A stretch of DNA of 58,201 bases from an uncultured Ruminococcus sp. (GTDB lineage: Bacteria > Bacillota > Clostridia > Monoglobales > Monoglobaceae): NCBI GenBank assembly GCA_902791425.1, contig CADAVS010000001.1:1-58201 (forward strand), written 5' to 3'. Below, in pieces: positions 45,851 to 54,939 of the stretch. The stretch's first letter is position 1. Each line of letters opens with the position of its first letter. The translations under genes and the position numbers were made by a program. The notes under the pieces were generated by a model. It searched no databases and had not been told where the DNA came from. It saw nothing but the letters and a program-made list of their open reading frames with translations.

Positions 45851-46315
45851 ATGAAAATAATGGTAATTAACGGACCAAACCTCAATTTGACAGGTATGCG
45901 TGAGCCTGATATATACGGCAATCAAACCTACGCCGATTTAGAGACATATATCGAAGATTATGCCGAAAAAGCAGGGGCAGAGGCAGTTGTTGTTCAAAGC
46001 AACGGCGAGGGTGAGATTATAGACTATATTCACTACTGTCTTGGAAGCTGTGACGGAATAGTGATAAATGCAGGTGCATATACCCATTACAGCTATGCGA
46101 TACACGATGCCATTAAAGCTGTCGATATCCCCACTGTTGAGGTTCATATAAGCAATATACATAAGCGTGAAGAGTTCAGGCATCATTCGGTAATAGCTCC
46201 TGCCTGTGTCGGTCAGATATGCGGGCTTGGGTTTATGAGCTATACTTTGGCTATTGATTATTTGTTAGCCAATGCAGTATCGCCTGATGAAACTAAAGAG
46301 GTAGCTCAATGTTAA
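45851..46315 (+). CDS. aroQ: type II 3-dehydroquinate dehydratase
   Basis: MKIMVINGPNLNLTGMREPDIYG and the HISNIHKREEFR motif are present. Confidence 0.93.
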   Translation: MKIMVINGPNLNLTGMREPDIYGNQTYADLETYIEDYAEKAGAEAVVVQSNGEGEIIDYIHYCLGSCDGIVINAGAYTHYSYAIHDAIKAVDIPTVEVHISNIHKREEFRHHSVIAPACVGQICGLGFMSYTLAIDYLLANAVSPDETKEVAQC

Positions 46316-47136
46316 AAATTGCTGTGATAGGACATCCGATTGCTCATAGCCGTTCTCCGCAAATACACGGAGCGGCTTTGGATAGCATCAATGTTGAATA
46401 CAAATATGAAAAATATGATATAAAAAAAGAAGATTTGGAGAGCTTTTTGGAATATGCAAAGTCAAATCTTGACGGCTTTAACTTGACTATGCCTCTTAAA
46501 GTAGATGTGTTGCCGTATTTAGAGGGGATTTCTGAGGATGCTGAGAAGTTCAGGTCGGTAAATACTGTTAAGGTCAAAGACGGAAAGCTGTACGGATATA
46601 ATACAGACTCCGACGGATATATACAGGCTTTAATAAATAAAGGTTGTGACCCAAATAATAAGAGAATTGTTATTCTCGGTGCAGGCGGAGTTGTGCGAAC
46701 CATTGCAAAGAAGTTGACGGAATGTGGTGCAGAGAGCATAGTTATATTAAACAGAACCATAGAGAAGGCAGAGGAAATAGTTAAGTATATCGGAAGTGAA
46801 AATATTGAATGCGGAGAATTTTCAATCGAAAATATTACAGCTAACTGTAAAGCAGCAGATATACTTATTAATGCGACTCCTCTTGGTATGGAGGGGAACG
46901 ACGGCGATTTTGATGACACGTCATTTTTAAAGGCGTTGCCTGATTATGCGATAGTGTCTGATTTGATATATGCTCCGCCAAAGACTAAGCTTTTAAAAGA
47001 TGCAGAAAAGCTGGGACTTAAGATAATGAACGGACTTGATATGCTGATTTTTCAGGCAATTCTTGCCGACGAGATATATCTTGACGAAAAGCTGGACCTG
47101 TATGAGATTTATAAGTCAGTAATAAGCAGAATATAA
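46309..47136 (+). CDS. aroE: shikimate dehydrogenase
   Basis: 275 aa with the GHPIAHSRSP, NLTMPLK and GAGG motifs. Confidence 0.92.
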   Translation: MLKIAVIGHPIAHSRSPQIHGAALDSINVEYKYEKYDIKKEDLESFLEYAKSNLDGFNLTMPLKVDVLPYLEGISEDAEKFRSVNTVKVKDGKLYGYNTDSDGYIQALINKGCDPNNKRIVILGAGGVVRTIAKKLTECGAESIVILNRTIEKAEEIVKYIGSENIECGEFSIENITANCKAADILINATPLGMEGNDGDFDDTSFLKALPDYAIVSDLIYAPPKTKLLKDAEKLGLKIMNGLDMLIFQAILADEIYLDEKLDLYEIYKSVISRI

Positions 47137-47139
47137 ATA

Positions 47140-47180
47140 AAAATGCTGTGCACATTGGTGTGTCACAGCATTTTTATTTT
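47140..47180. terminator. bidirectional terminator between aroE and the DUF1846 gene
   Basis: AAAATGCTGTG / CACAGCATTTT stem with A/T runs on both sides. Confidence 0.8.
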
Positions 47181-48648
47181 ATTTATTTTGATATGCAGGC
47201 TCGCAGGTGAGATTTACACCCAAGCGTCTGAATACCTTATCATCAACGGAGGATAGAATAACCGAGGAATGTGCTTCACAGCCACGCAGTTTGCCAAGCT
47301 GTTCCATTGCCAATTCCGCATTAGAGTCTGTTGCCGCACAAATTGACAAGGCAATAAGTGCTTCGTCAGTATGCAGACGAGGGTTGCGATTGCCCAAATG
47401 GTCAACCTTGAGATGCTGTATAGGTTCGATTACCTCAGGGGAGATAAGATGCACGCTGTCATCTATGCCTGCAAGTGTCTTTAAGGCGTTGAGCAACAGA
47501 GCAGAGGAGGCCCCCAAAAGTTCTGAGGTTTTGCCTGTAAGTATTCTGCCGTCAGGTAGCTCAATTGCACTTGCGGGGCTGCCCGTAAGTGCCGCCTTTT
47601 GCAGAGCAGGGCCGATAACACTGCGGTTGTCAACGGATATTTCTGCCTTCTTCATCAATAATTCAAGCTTCAATACTGTTTCCTCACTTGCAAGCCCCTT
47701 TCTGTGGTCGCACAATGCGGTGTAGTATCTGCGTAAAATTTCTTGTCCGGAGGCATCTTTTGTCGCATCATCATCTATTATGCAGTTGCCTGCCATATTT
47801 ACACCCATATCTGTTGGTGACTTATAAGGACATTGTCCTGCGATTTTCTCAAACATTGCCTTTACAACGGGGAAAATCTCAACATCACGATTGTAGTTTA
47901 CCGTGGTTGTGCCATATGCTTCAAGGTGGAACGGGTCAATCATATTTACGTCATTTAAGTCGGCGGTTGCCGCCTCGTAGGCGAGATTGACAGGGTGCTG
48001 AAGAGGAATATTCCAGATAGGGAAGGTTTCAAACTTAGCATATCCCGCCTTTATACCTCTCTTGTATTCGTGATATAACTGAGAGAGGCAAGTTGCCATC
48101 TTTCCGCTGCCGGGACCGGGGGCGGTGACGATTACCAATTCCTTAGTTGTTTCTATATACTCATTTTTTCCGTAACCATCATCACTTACGATTTTTGATA
48201 TATCTGAGGGATAACCATCTATGGGATAGTGGCGGTAGACCTTGACGCCGAGAGAGTTAAGACGCTTTTGAAATGCCTCTGCCGTTGGTTGCCCTCTGAA
48301 TTGCGTCATAACAACACTGCTCACATAAAGACCAACATTTCTGAAACAGTCAATCAGACGTATTACGTCTAAGTCGTAGGTAATACCCAAATCTCCGCGT
48401 AATTTATTCTTCTCTATATCAGAGGAATTAATGGCGATTACTATTTCGGCTCTGTCCTTTAACTTTAACAGCATTCTCAGCTTGCTGTCAGGCTGAAAAC
48501 CCGGCAAAACTCTTGATGCGTGATAGTCGTCAAAAAGCTTGCCTCCGAATTCAAGATACAGCTTGCCGCCAAACTGTGAAATTCTTTCCATTATATGCTC
48601 TGATTGCATACGCAGGTACTTATCATTATCAAAACCAATTTTATGCAT
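47179..48648 (-). CDS. DUF1846 / UPF0371-family protein (function unknown)
   Basis: 489 aa. The N-terminus [19 protein letters not shown]...[21 protein letters not shown] is characteristic of UPF0371. Confidence 0.85.
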   Translation of the reverse strand: MHKIGFDNDKYLRMQSEHIMERISQFGGKLYLEFGGKLFDDYHASRVLPGFQPDSKLRMLLKLKDRAEIVIAINSSDIEKNKLRGDLGITYDLDVIRLIDCFRNVGLYVSSVVMTQFRGQPTAEAFQKRLNSLGVKVYRHYPIDGYPSDISKIVSDDGYGKNEYIETTKELVIVTAPGPGSGKMATCLSQLYHEYKRGIKAGYAKFETFPIWNIPLQHPVNLAYEAATADLNDVNMIDPFHLEAYGTTTVNYNRDVEIFPVVKAMFEKIAGQCPYKSPTDMGVNMAGNCIIDDDATKDASGQEILRRYYTALCDHRKGLASEETVLKLELLMKKAEISVDNRSVIGPALQKAALTGSPASAIELPDGRILTGKTSELLGASSALLLNALKTLAGIDDSVHLISPEVIEPIQHLKVDHLGNRNPRLHTDEALIALSICAATDSNAELAMEQLGKLRGCEAHSSVILSSVDDKVFRRLGVNLTCEPAYQNK

Positions 48649-48858
48649 ATTTTAATCTCCATTCCGCCGCCTTGCGTCAGCATAAATAGTAATTAAATTT
48701 ATCTCCTATCCGCAAGGCAACGGAATGATAAGAGATTAATATGCACATCGCCGTTTCGCACTTATGTGCGAAAATTTCGGCGGTGCAATTTAATCCGCCG
48801 GAGGCTATGATGCGAAAGGAACTTTCGCGTCATAATTTCTCCCGACAAATATTTCTAA
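48649..48858 (-). promoter_or_regulatory. structured 5' leader of the DUF1846 gene with an SD-sequestering helix (candidate riboswitch/attenuator)
   Basis: There are four hairpins. Arms at 48654-48676 and 48711-48737 form about 23 bp and include the GGAG Shine-Dalgarno. Repeated CCGGCGG, CCGCCG and GGCGGCGG blocks allow alternative pairing. Confidence 0.55.
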
Positions 48859-48864
48859 TAGAGT

Positions 48865-48893
48865 ATTATACAGTAAAAACTTTATTCTTTCAA
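48865..48893 (-). promoter_or_regulatory. sigmaA-type promoter of the DUF1846 leader
   Basis: On the minus strand: TTGAAA, 17 nt, with an extended -10 TGTATAAT. Confidence 0.7.
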
Positions 48894-48944
48894 GTCCTGA
48901 ATTGCAAAAATTTAAAACCTTTGAACGTATTTCTATATTTGGTG

Positions 48945-48973
48945 TTGAATTTATGGAAAATATTTGTTATAAT
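48945..48973 (+). promoter_or_regulatory. sigmaA-type promoter of cysK
   Basis: TTGAAT, 17 nt, TATAAT with the TG extension. Confidence 0.65.
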
Positions 48974-49012
48974 ATCATATAATAAATAAACGATATAATT
49001 TTAAAGGTGAAA

Positions 49013-49945
49013 ATGATGATATATAATAACATTTTAGAGTGTATGGGCAATACACCTATGATTAGATTAAATCATATGGGTGACCCTGACGGTGCGGAGA
49101 TATTGGTTAAGTTTGAAGGCTTGAACGTGGGCGGTTCCATAAAGACAAGAACGGCATTTAATATGATAATTGATGCGGAAAAAAAGGGATTGATTAACTC
49201 TGAGTCCATAATAGTGGAGCCTACAAGCGGAAACCAGGGTATCGGTCTTGCACTTGTTGGTGCAGTACGGGGATATAAGACGATAATTATTATGCCTGAC
49301 TCTGTTAGCGAGGAGAGAAGAATGCTGGTCAAGCATTACGGAGCAGAGGTTATATTGGTTCACGATTCAGGCGACATAGGTGCATGTATTGAGGAATGTT
49401 TGAATAGGGCACTTAAAATGCGTGAGGAAAATCCTAAAGTTTTTGTGCCGCAACAGTTTGAAAATCCCGCAAACCCCGATATACAAAGAAGAGGTACGGC
49501 GGCTGAAATTTTAGAGCAGGTTGACAAACCAATTCACGGTTTTTGTTCGGGTATAGGCACAGGAGGAACTATAACGGGAATTGGAGAAGTCCTCAAGGAG
49601 CATAATCCCGATATGGAAATTTGGGCGGTTGAGCCGCAAAATGCCGCAATTTTGTCGGGCGGCTCTATCGGAACACATATACAAATGGGAATAGGTGACG
49701 GCGTAATTCCCGATATATTAAATTGCGGTATATATGATGATATTTGTATAATAACAGATGAAGAGGCAATTAAAACATCAAGAGAGTTGGCGTCAAAAGA
49801 GGGTATTATGTGCGGTATAAGCAGCGGCACAAATGTTGCGGCGGCTATTAAATTGGCAAAAAAACTTGGCAAAGGCAAGACAGTTGTGACAGTTTTGCCC
49901 GATACTGCCGAGAGATATTTTTCTACACCATTATTTGATGAATAA
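49013..49945 (+). CDS. cysK: cysteine synthase A (O-acetylserine sulfhydrylase)
   Basis: A PLP-lysine region (GGSIKTRTA) and the TSGNQG and GIGTGGT motifs are present. The start is ambiguous among 49007, 49013 and 49016. Confidence 0.92.
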   Translation: MMIYNNILECMGNTPMIRLNHMGDPDGAEILVKFEGLNVGGSIKTRTAFNMIIDAEKKGLINSESIIVEPTSGNQGIGLALVGAVRGYKTIIIMPDSVSEERRMLVKHYGAEVILVHDSGDIGACIEECLNRALKMREENPKVFVPQQFENPANPDIQRRGTAAEILEQVDKPIHGFCSGIGTGGTITGIGEVLKEHNPDMEIWAVEPQNAAILSGGSIGTHIQMGIGDGVIPDILNCGIYDDICIITDEEAIKTSRELASKEGIMCGISSGTNVAAAIKLAKKLGKGKTVVTVLPDTAERYFSTPLFDE

Positions 49946-49950
49946 AAAAG

Positions 49951-49982
49951 TTCGGGTGGCTTAAAGCCACCCGAATATTTTT
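49951..49982. terminator. bidirectional terminator
   Basis: TTCGGGTGGC-TTAAA-GCCACCCGAA followed by a T-rich tail. Confidence 0.85.
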
Positions 49983-51150
49983 ATAAGGTAATCCAATCGG
50001 ACAGACAGCGTACAAACATTTGCATAATTGTGATTTTGGGGACATAGTGGTCTGCACACACATCACGACGTGCGACTTCCGCTCCCTCAATCGTATAAAT
50101 AACCTCGCCAAGCTTTTGTCCCTCTGTTACAGGGGCGTTGACAGAAGCTTCAAGCTCAAAGGATTGTTCTACCTTATCGAGATTTCCCTTTTTTAAGATA
50201 AAGCCGTTACCGCTTATTTTAGGTGCAATCTGGCTCTCTGTACCACCGATTATATTTACGTAGGGCACAGAGGTTTTAAGAATGTCGTCGCCTGCAACCT
50301 CATAATTTGCAAAACCATAATCAAGCATAGCACTTGCGGAGGAAAATCTTTCTGCGGTGGACGGAGCACATATAACAACGGAAATCAACTGCATATCATC
50401 ACGCTTTGCAGTTGCGGAAATACAATACTTTGCGGTGCTTGTGGAGCCTGTTTTAAGGCCGTTTGCACCATTGTAAAATCGGATAAGCTTGTTTGTATTT
50501 GAAAGCCCAAAGGAGCCGTTGCGTAAGCTGTCCATCCAAATTGTTGTGTAGTCAAAAATTTTTTCGTGTTTTAAAAGCTCTTTGGAGATAAGGGCTATAT
50601 CTCTGGCTGTACTGTAATGCTCTTCTGTTTCGTCAAGGCCGTTGCAGTTAATAAAGTGGGTGTTGGTGCAGTTCAGCTCTGAGGCACGTTTGTTCATTTT
50701 TTCTACAAAGGCACCTTCGCTGCCCGAAACAAATTCAGCCATTGCAACTGCGGCATCGTTGCCTGAGGCAACGGCTATTGCCTTCATCATATCGTCTACC
50801 GACATTTGCTCGCCCGGCTCCAAAAATACTTGGGAACCGCCCATTGATGCGGCATAGTCACTGACTGTGACAGTGTCATTTATGCTTATTTTTCCGCTGT
50901 CTATTGCCTCCATTATCAACAGCATTGTCATTGTCTTGGTGACGCTTGCAATCTGTAATCTCTCGTCAGCGTTTTGCTCGTACAAGACTTCGCCTGTTGA
51001 TGCCTCCATCAATATTCCTGATTTTGCACTTATTAATTGTGTCGAAACGTCTGTGTCTACCTGCGTTGCGTTTTCGGCAAATGATGTTACCTGCAAAAAT
51101 GCGGAAAAGATAAGTGTTATACATATAAACTTTTTTATTGGAATTTTCAT
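49981..51150 (-). CDS. D-alanyl-D-alanine carboxypeptidase (S11, PBP5/DacB/DacF-like)
   Basis: 389 aa with a signal peptide and the SVTK (SxxK), SGN and KTGST motifs. Confidence 0.9.
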   Translation of the reverse strand: MKIPIKKFICITLIFSAFLQVTSFAENATQVDTDVSTQLISAKSGILMEASTGEVLYEQNADERLQIASVTKTMTMLLIMEAIDSGKISINDTVTVSDYAASMGGSQVFLEPGEQMSVDDMMKAIAVASGNDAAVAMAEFVSGSEGAFVEKMNKRASELNCTNTHFINCNGLDETEEHYSTARDIALISKELLKHEKIFDYTTIWMDSLRNGSFGLSNTNKLIRFYNGANGLKTGSTSTAKYCISATAKRDDMQLISVVICAPSTAERFSSASAMLDYGFANYEVAGDDILKTSVPYVNIIGGTESQIAPKISGNGFILKKGNLDKVEQSFELEASVNAPVTEGQKLGEVIYTIEGAEVARRDVCADHYVPKITIMQMFVRCLSDWITL

Positions 51151-51282
51151 ATTCGTTCCTCCGAAACATACTGATTTTATATTTATAATAATGTTTATTT
51201 TGAGTATGCCAAAAATATAACTGCAAGTTTGTAATACGATTTATGAATAGTTTGTGATTTATATTACAAAATGGTTAATTCC

Positions 51283-51311
51283 TTGCATTTTAATTTTGTT
51301 TATAGTATAAT
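51283..51311 (+). promoter_or_regulatory. sigmaA-type promoter of the RCC1-repeat gene
   Basis: TTGCAT, 17 nt, TATAAT. Confidence 0.65.
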
Positions 51312-51346
51312 AATTTAAAAATATATGTGAAACGTTGGTGCTGAGG

Positions 51347-53080
51347 ATGGAAAGTTTACAGGTGATAGAAAAACTTTTTAACGCAAAAGAAAATTGTCCG
51401 TTTACAATAAAAAAGTGTGAGCTTATGTATAATTCCGATGAGGTATGCAAGATGCTGAGGTTGACATTAAGTGAACAGGCAAGCAGATACAAGGAAATAA
51501 AGATAAGTGTTTGCTGTTACAATGCGGAGGGTTTTAAGCTTGCTGTGATGGAGGATATTCCGTATATTGACGGAGGAATGCTTGTACAACTGCCATCACT
51601 GATGACGGAATATGTTGAAGTTATGGTAAAAAGTGCAAAGTCCGATGACGGAATTTTATGGACTGAGAATGCGAGTTTTCCCAACAAAAGACCCGTGAGC
51701 GAACAGGACAATTTATATACGGCAGACCCGACGAATACTGAAATTGATGATACGATTGAATTTGACTCGGCTGAGGTTAATCGTGAAATTGAAAATGTAA
51801 AATCCGCACCTATGACAAAAATGGAGAAAAAACTTGAAAGACTCAGAAGATATGATGAAGAGGAAGAAATAAGACAGTTTATTAAAAACGACCCAACGGA
51901 AAAGAAAAAACGTTTTTTTACAAGATTAATAATTCTGATTATTGTTGTATTGCTTGCAGGCGGCGGAATATACGTTGCGAAATATAAAAGTGATGCGGAT
52001 GCGGCGTACAACAAAGCGATGAATTTATATAACGGCGGAAAGTTTGAGGATGCCGCTGTTGAATTTGAAAAAACAGAGAGCTATATTTACACAGGTGAAA
52101 AAAGAGATAATCTGTATTGGGCAGTTGCAATGAGCAACGCCAGAAATCGTGATTTTTATAATGCGGCACTCTATTTTCAGAAAAACGGAGATTATAAAGA
52201 GAGTGTTGCAAATTACAGAAGTATAATAAATGCATATGCAGGCATTGTGTCGGCAGGTAAAAATCATACGGTAGCTTTAAAGAATGACGGAACTGTTGTT
52301 GCGATAGGTGATAACAGCAAGGGTCAATGCAATATCGGAAAATGGAATGATATAGCGAGAGTTTATGCAGGCGGAGAACATACTGTGGTTCTTGACAAAA
52401 ATAAAGCTGTTTACGCAACAGGTGATAACAGTAAAGGACAGTGTGATGTTTCACGCTGGAGGGATATTATAGATATATCGGCAGGAGAGCTTCACACAGT
52501 AGGTGTTGAAAATGTAGGCAGAGTTGTTGCGACAGGTGATAACACATATGGCCAATGTGATGTTGATGATTGGTCGGGAATTATAGAGGTTAGTGCCGGA
52601 ACCCGTCATACAGTGGGCTTAAAGCTTGACGGAACAGTTGTTGCCGTAGGAGATAATGAGCACGGCGAATGTGATGTAAAAAGTTGGAATAATATTGTCT
52701 TGGTTGTTTCGGGTAACGGATATACGGCAGGACTTAAAAAAGACGGCAAGATTGTTTTTACGGGTGATGATACATATAAAATCTCTGATGCAAAATCAGA
52801 GAAGAACGTATTTTCGATTTCGGCAGGGCATAAAAACCTTATTGTAGTGTATACTGACGGTACGGCAAAGACGTATGGCTCAAATGAAAGAAATCAGGGC
52901 ATTACGGATTTGTGGAAGAATATTATCGCAGCCTGTGGCGGCGAAGGTCACAGTGTGGGAATTACTGCCGACGGCAAGGCATACGCTGTAGGCGCAAATG
53001 ATAAGGGGCAGGCTCAGGTTGTTGATTGGAATGATATAGGTATTCCGAAGTCGACAGTGACAATTCGAAAAGGCGAATAG
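51347..53080 (+). CDS. single-pass membrane protein with an extracytoplasmic seven-blade RCC1-like beta-propeller
   Basis: The TM segment is LIILIIVVLLAGGGIYV. There are seven repeats of the type GDNSKGQCDVxxWxDI...HTV. The start is uncertain among TTG 51335, GTG 51338 and ATG 51347. Confidence 0.75.
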   Translation: MESLQVIEKLFNAKENCPFTIKKCELMYNSDEVCKMLRLTLSEQASRYKEIKISVCCYNAEGFKLAVMEDIPYIDGGMLVQLPSLMTEYVEVMVKSAKSDDGILWTENASFPNKRPVSEQDNLYTADPTNTEIDDTIEFDSAEVNREIENVKSAPMTKMEKKLERLRRYDEEEEIRQFIKNDPTEKKKRFFTRLIILIIVVLLAGGGIYVAKYKSDADAAYNKAMNLYNGGKFEDAAVEFEKTESYIYTGEKRDNLYWAVAMSNARNRDFYNAALYFQKNGDYKESVANYRSIINAYAGIVSAGKNHTVALKNDGTVVAIGDNSKGQCNIGKWNDIARVYAGGEHTVVLDKNKAVYATGDNSKGQCDVSRWRDIIDISAGELHTVGVENVGRVVATGDNTYGQCDVDDWSGIIEVSAGTRHTVGLKLDGTVVAVGDNEHGECDVKSWNNIVLVVSGNGYTAGLKKDGKIVFTGDDTYKISDAKSEKNVFSISAGHKNLIVVYTDGTAKTYGSNERNQGITDLWKNIIAACGGEGHSVGITADGKAYAVGANDKGQAQVVDWNDIGIPKSTVTIRKGE

Positions 53081-53151
53081 TGATATTATTTATATCCTGT
53101 CAATGAAAATATTAAAAAAGGCTGTGACAGGCGGCAGAACGGAGAGTATAA

Positions 53152-53673
53152 ATGGATATTTTTACAGAGTGTATGGTGAAAAAGAAAAAGGGAATTGCGG
53201 ATTACTTAAAAGTAGTTGTATGCATATTGGTTATTGTGGTTATATTGCTTTCAATGCCGCTTGTTTCACAGATTAACTATGTGGGTATAATCCTGTTTAT
53301 GGTATGTGCAGGTGTTATTTATCTTTTGTATAATATTATAATTTCAATCAATCTCGAATACGAATACACCTTTACAAACGGCGCTATGGATGTTGACAAA
53401 ATTATTGCCGCAAGACGCAGAAAAAGAATGACATCTTTAAATGCACGTTCCATTGAAATTATGGCAAGCGTTGACAGTAAAGAGGTTGGTGCATATGCAA
53501 ATGATAAAAGTATAAAAAGACATTATGCCTGTAGCTCAGTTGACGACCCTGACACATATTTTGTTGTGTATTCAGAAAACGATAAGAAACATATGCTTAT
53601 ATTTAATCCCAATGAAACGATTAAAGATGGATTTAAGAGATTAAATCCTCAGAAGGTATTTTTAGCTGACTGA
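53152..53673 (+). CDS. hypothetical 2-TM membrane protein
   Basis: 173 aa with two N-terminal TM helices and a soluble C-terminus. I cannot name the family with confidence. Confidence 0.55.
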   Translation: MDIFTECMVKKKKGIADYLKVVVCILVIVVILLSMPLVSQINYVGIILFMVCAGVIYLLYNIIISINLEYEYTFTNGAMDVDKIIAARRRKRMTSLNARSIEIMASVDSKEVGAYANDKSIKRHYACSSVDDPDTYFVVYSENDKKHMLIFNPNETIKDGFKRLNPQKVFLAD

Positions 53674-53699
53674 TGGTTTAGCGGATTGAGGACTGTGCT

Positions 53700-54923
53700 A
53701 TGATTAGAGTTGGAACGGATATTGTGGAAATTTCACGTTTTTCTAATATGAAGAACAGGGAAAACTTTAAAAACAGATTTTTTACAAAGCGAGAGATTGA
53801 ATACTTTGATATGCTCAGCAATCCGTGGCAAAGTATCGCAGGAGCCTTTGCGGCGAAGGAGGCTTTTTCCAAATATTTAGGCAGTGGGTTCAGAAAATTT
53901 GAATTGCGTGATATTGAAATATTGCACAACAGGCTTGGAAAGCCGTACATTGAGTTCTTCGGTATAAGGGTAAATGCTGATTTGAGCATCAGTCATTCCA
54001 AAGAATACGCGGTAGCAACCGTATGCGGAGAAGATGTAATATCTGAATACGACATAAAAGAACTGCACGAATATGCAAAGTTGTTGCCAAAAAGATACAG
54101 TAATATGCATAAGGGTGATTGCGGACAAGTGCTTGTGGTAGCAGGTTCGGTTGGTTTTGTCGGTGCCGCTTGCCTGTGTTCAAAGGCTTGTATCAGATGC
54201 GGGAGCGGGCTTGTTACTTTGGCAACACCGCAATGTATTCAGCCATATGCTTCCGTAAAGCTGACGGAGGTTATGACAAAACCGCTCAAGTGCGAAAGCG
54301 GAGTTATATCAAAAGATGCAATACCACAGATAATTGATGGGTTGAAAAACAGCGATGTATGTGCCATAGGACCCGGCTTGGGAAGGTCAAAGGACTTGGA
54401 GCTTGTGGTTAAAGAGATGCTTAAATGTGATGTTCCTTGTGTGATTGATGCTGACGGCTTAAATGTTGTTTCAAATGATGTAGATATGCTGAAAGAGAAA
54501 AACTGTCGGGCTATACTGACGCCGCACCCGGGAGAGATGTCAAGACTTACAAGCCTGTCGATAGCAGAAATCGAGGAGAACAGAGAAAGTATCGCGTTGG
54601 AGTTTGCTGAAAAATACGATGTAACATTGTTGCTAAAAGGTCACAACACAGTTATTGCAAGTCCTGACGGCAGAGTTAAAATTAATACGACAGGCAACAG
54701 CGGAATGGCATCGGGGGGAATGGGCGATGTTTTGACGGGGGTTATTGCATCGTTTGTCGGACAGGGGATTTCGTGTTTTGATGCGGCGGTGCTTGGAGCC
54801 TATTTGCACGGCAAAGCGGGAGATATTGCCGCAAATGAGGTTGGAGAGTTTGGACTTATTGCAAGCGATGTAGTAGATAAACTGCCATACGCGATAAAGC
54901 TTTTGCAAGAAAATATAACGTGA
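53700..54923 (+). CDS. acpS: fusion of holo-ACP synthase (AcpS) with ADP-dependent NAD(P)H-hydrate dehydratase (YjeF_C/NnrD)
   Basis: Residues 1 to about 112 have GTDIVEISRF...AAKEAFSKYLG...SISHSKEYAVA (AcpS). From about residue 125, HKGDCGQVLVVAGS and GMASGGMGDVLTG match NnrD. It is a single uninterrupted ORF. Confidence 0.8.
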   Translation: MIRVGTDIVEISRFSNMKNRENFKNRFFTKREIEYFDMLSNPWQSIAGAFAAKEAFSKYLGSGFRKFELRDIEILHNRLGKPYIEFFGIRVNADLSISHSKEYAVATVCGEDVISEYDIKELHEYAKLLPKRYSNMHKGDCGQVLVVAGSVGFVGAACLCSKACIRCGSGLVTLATPQCIQPYASVKLTEVMTKPLKCESGVISKDAIPQIIDGLKNSDVCAIGPGLGRSKDLELVVKEMLKCDVPCVIDADGLNVVSNDVDMLKEKNCRAILTPHPGEMSRLTSLSIAEIEENRESIALEFAEKYDVTLLLKGHNTVIASPDGRVKINTTGNSGMASGGMGDVLTGVIASFVGQGISCFDAAVLGAYLHGKAGDIAANEVGEFGLIASDVVDKLPYAIKLLQENIT

Positions 54924-54939
54924 AACAGAGGTAATACAG

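Noticed and set aside
46344-47725. Minus-strand ORF 46344-46919 (antisense to aroE) and plus-strand ORF 47207-47725 (antisense to DUF1846).
   Set aside because: Both lie opposite well-supported genes, and I recognised no motifs in either.
48681-48710. AGGAG-like sequence and an ATG-initiated 30-codon uORF inside the DUF1846 leader.
   Set aside because: The AGGAG lies 19 nt from that ATG, which is too far. The ORF also overlaps the main start out of frame. It is more likely part of the terminal loop of the SD-sequestering helix.
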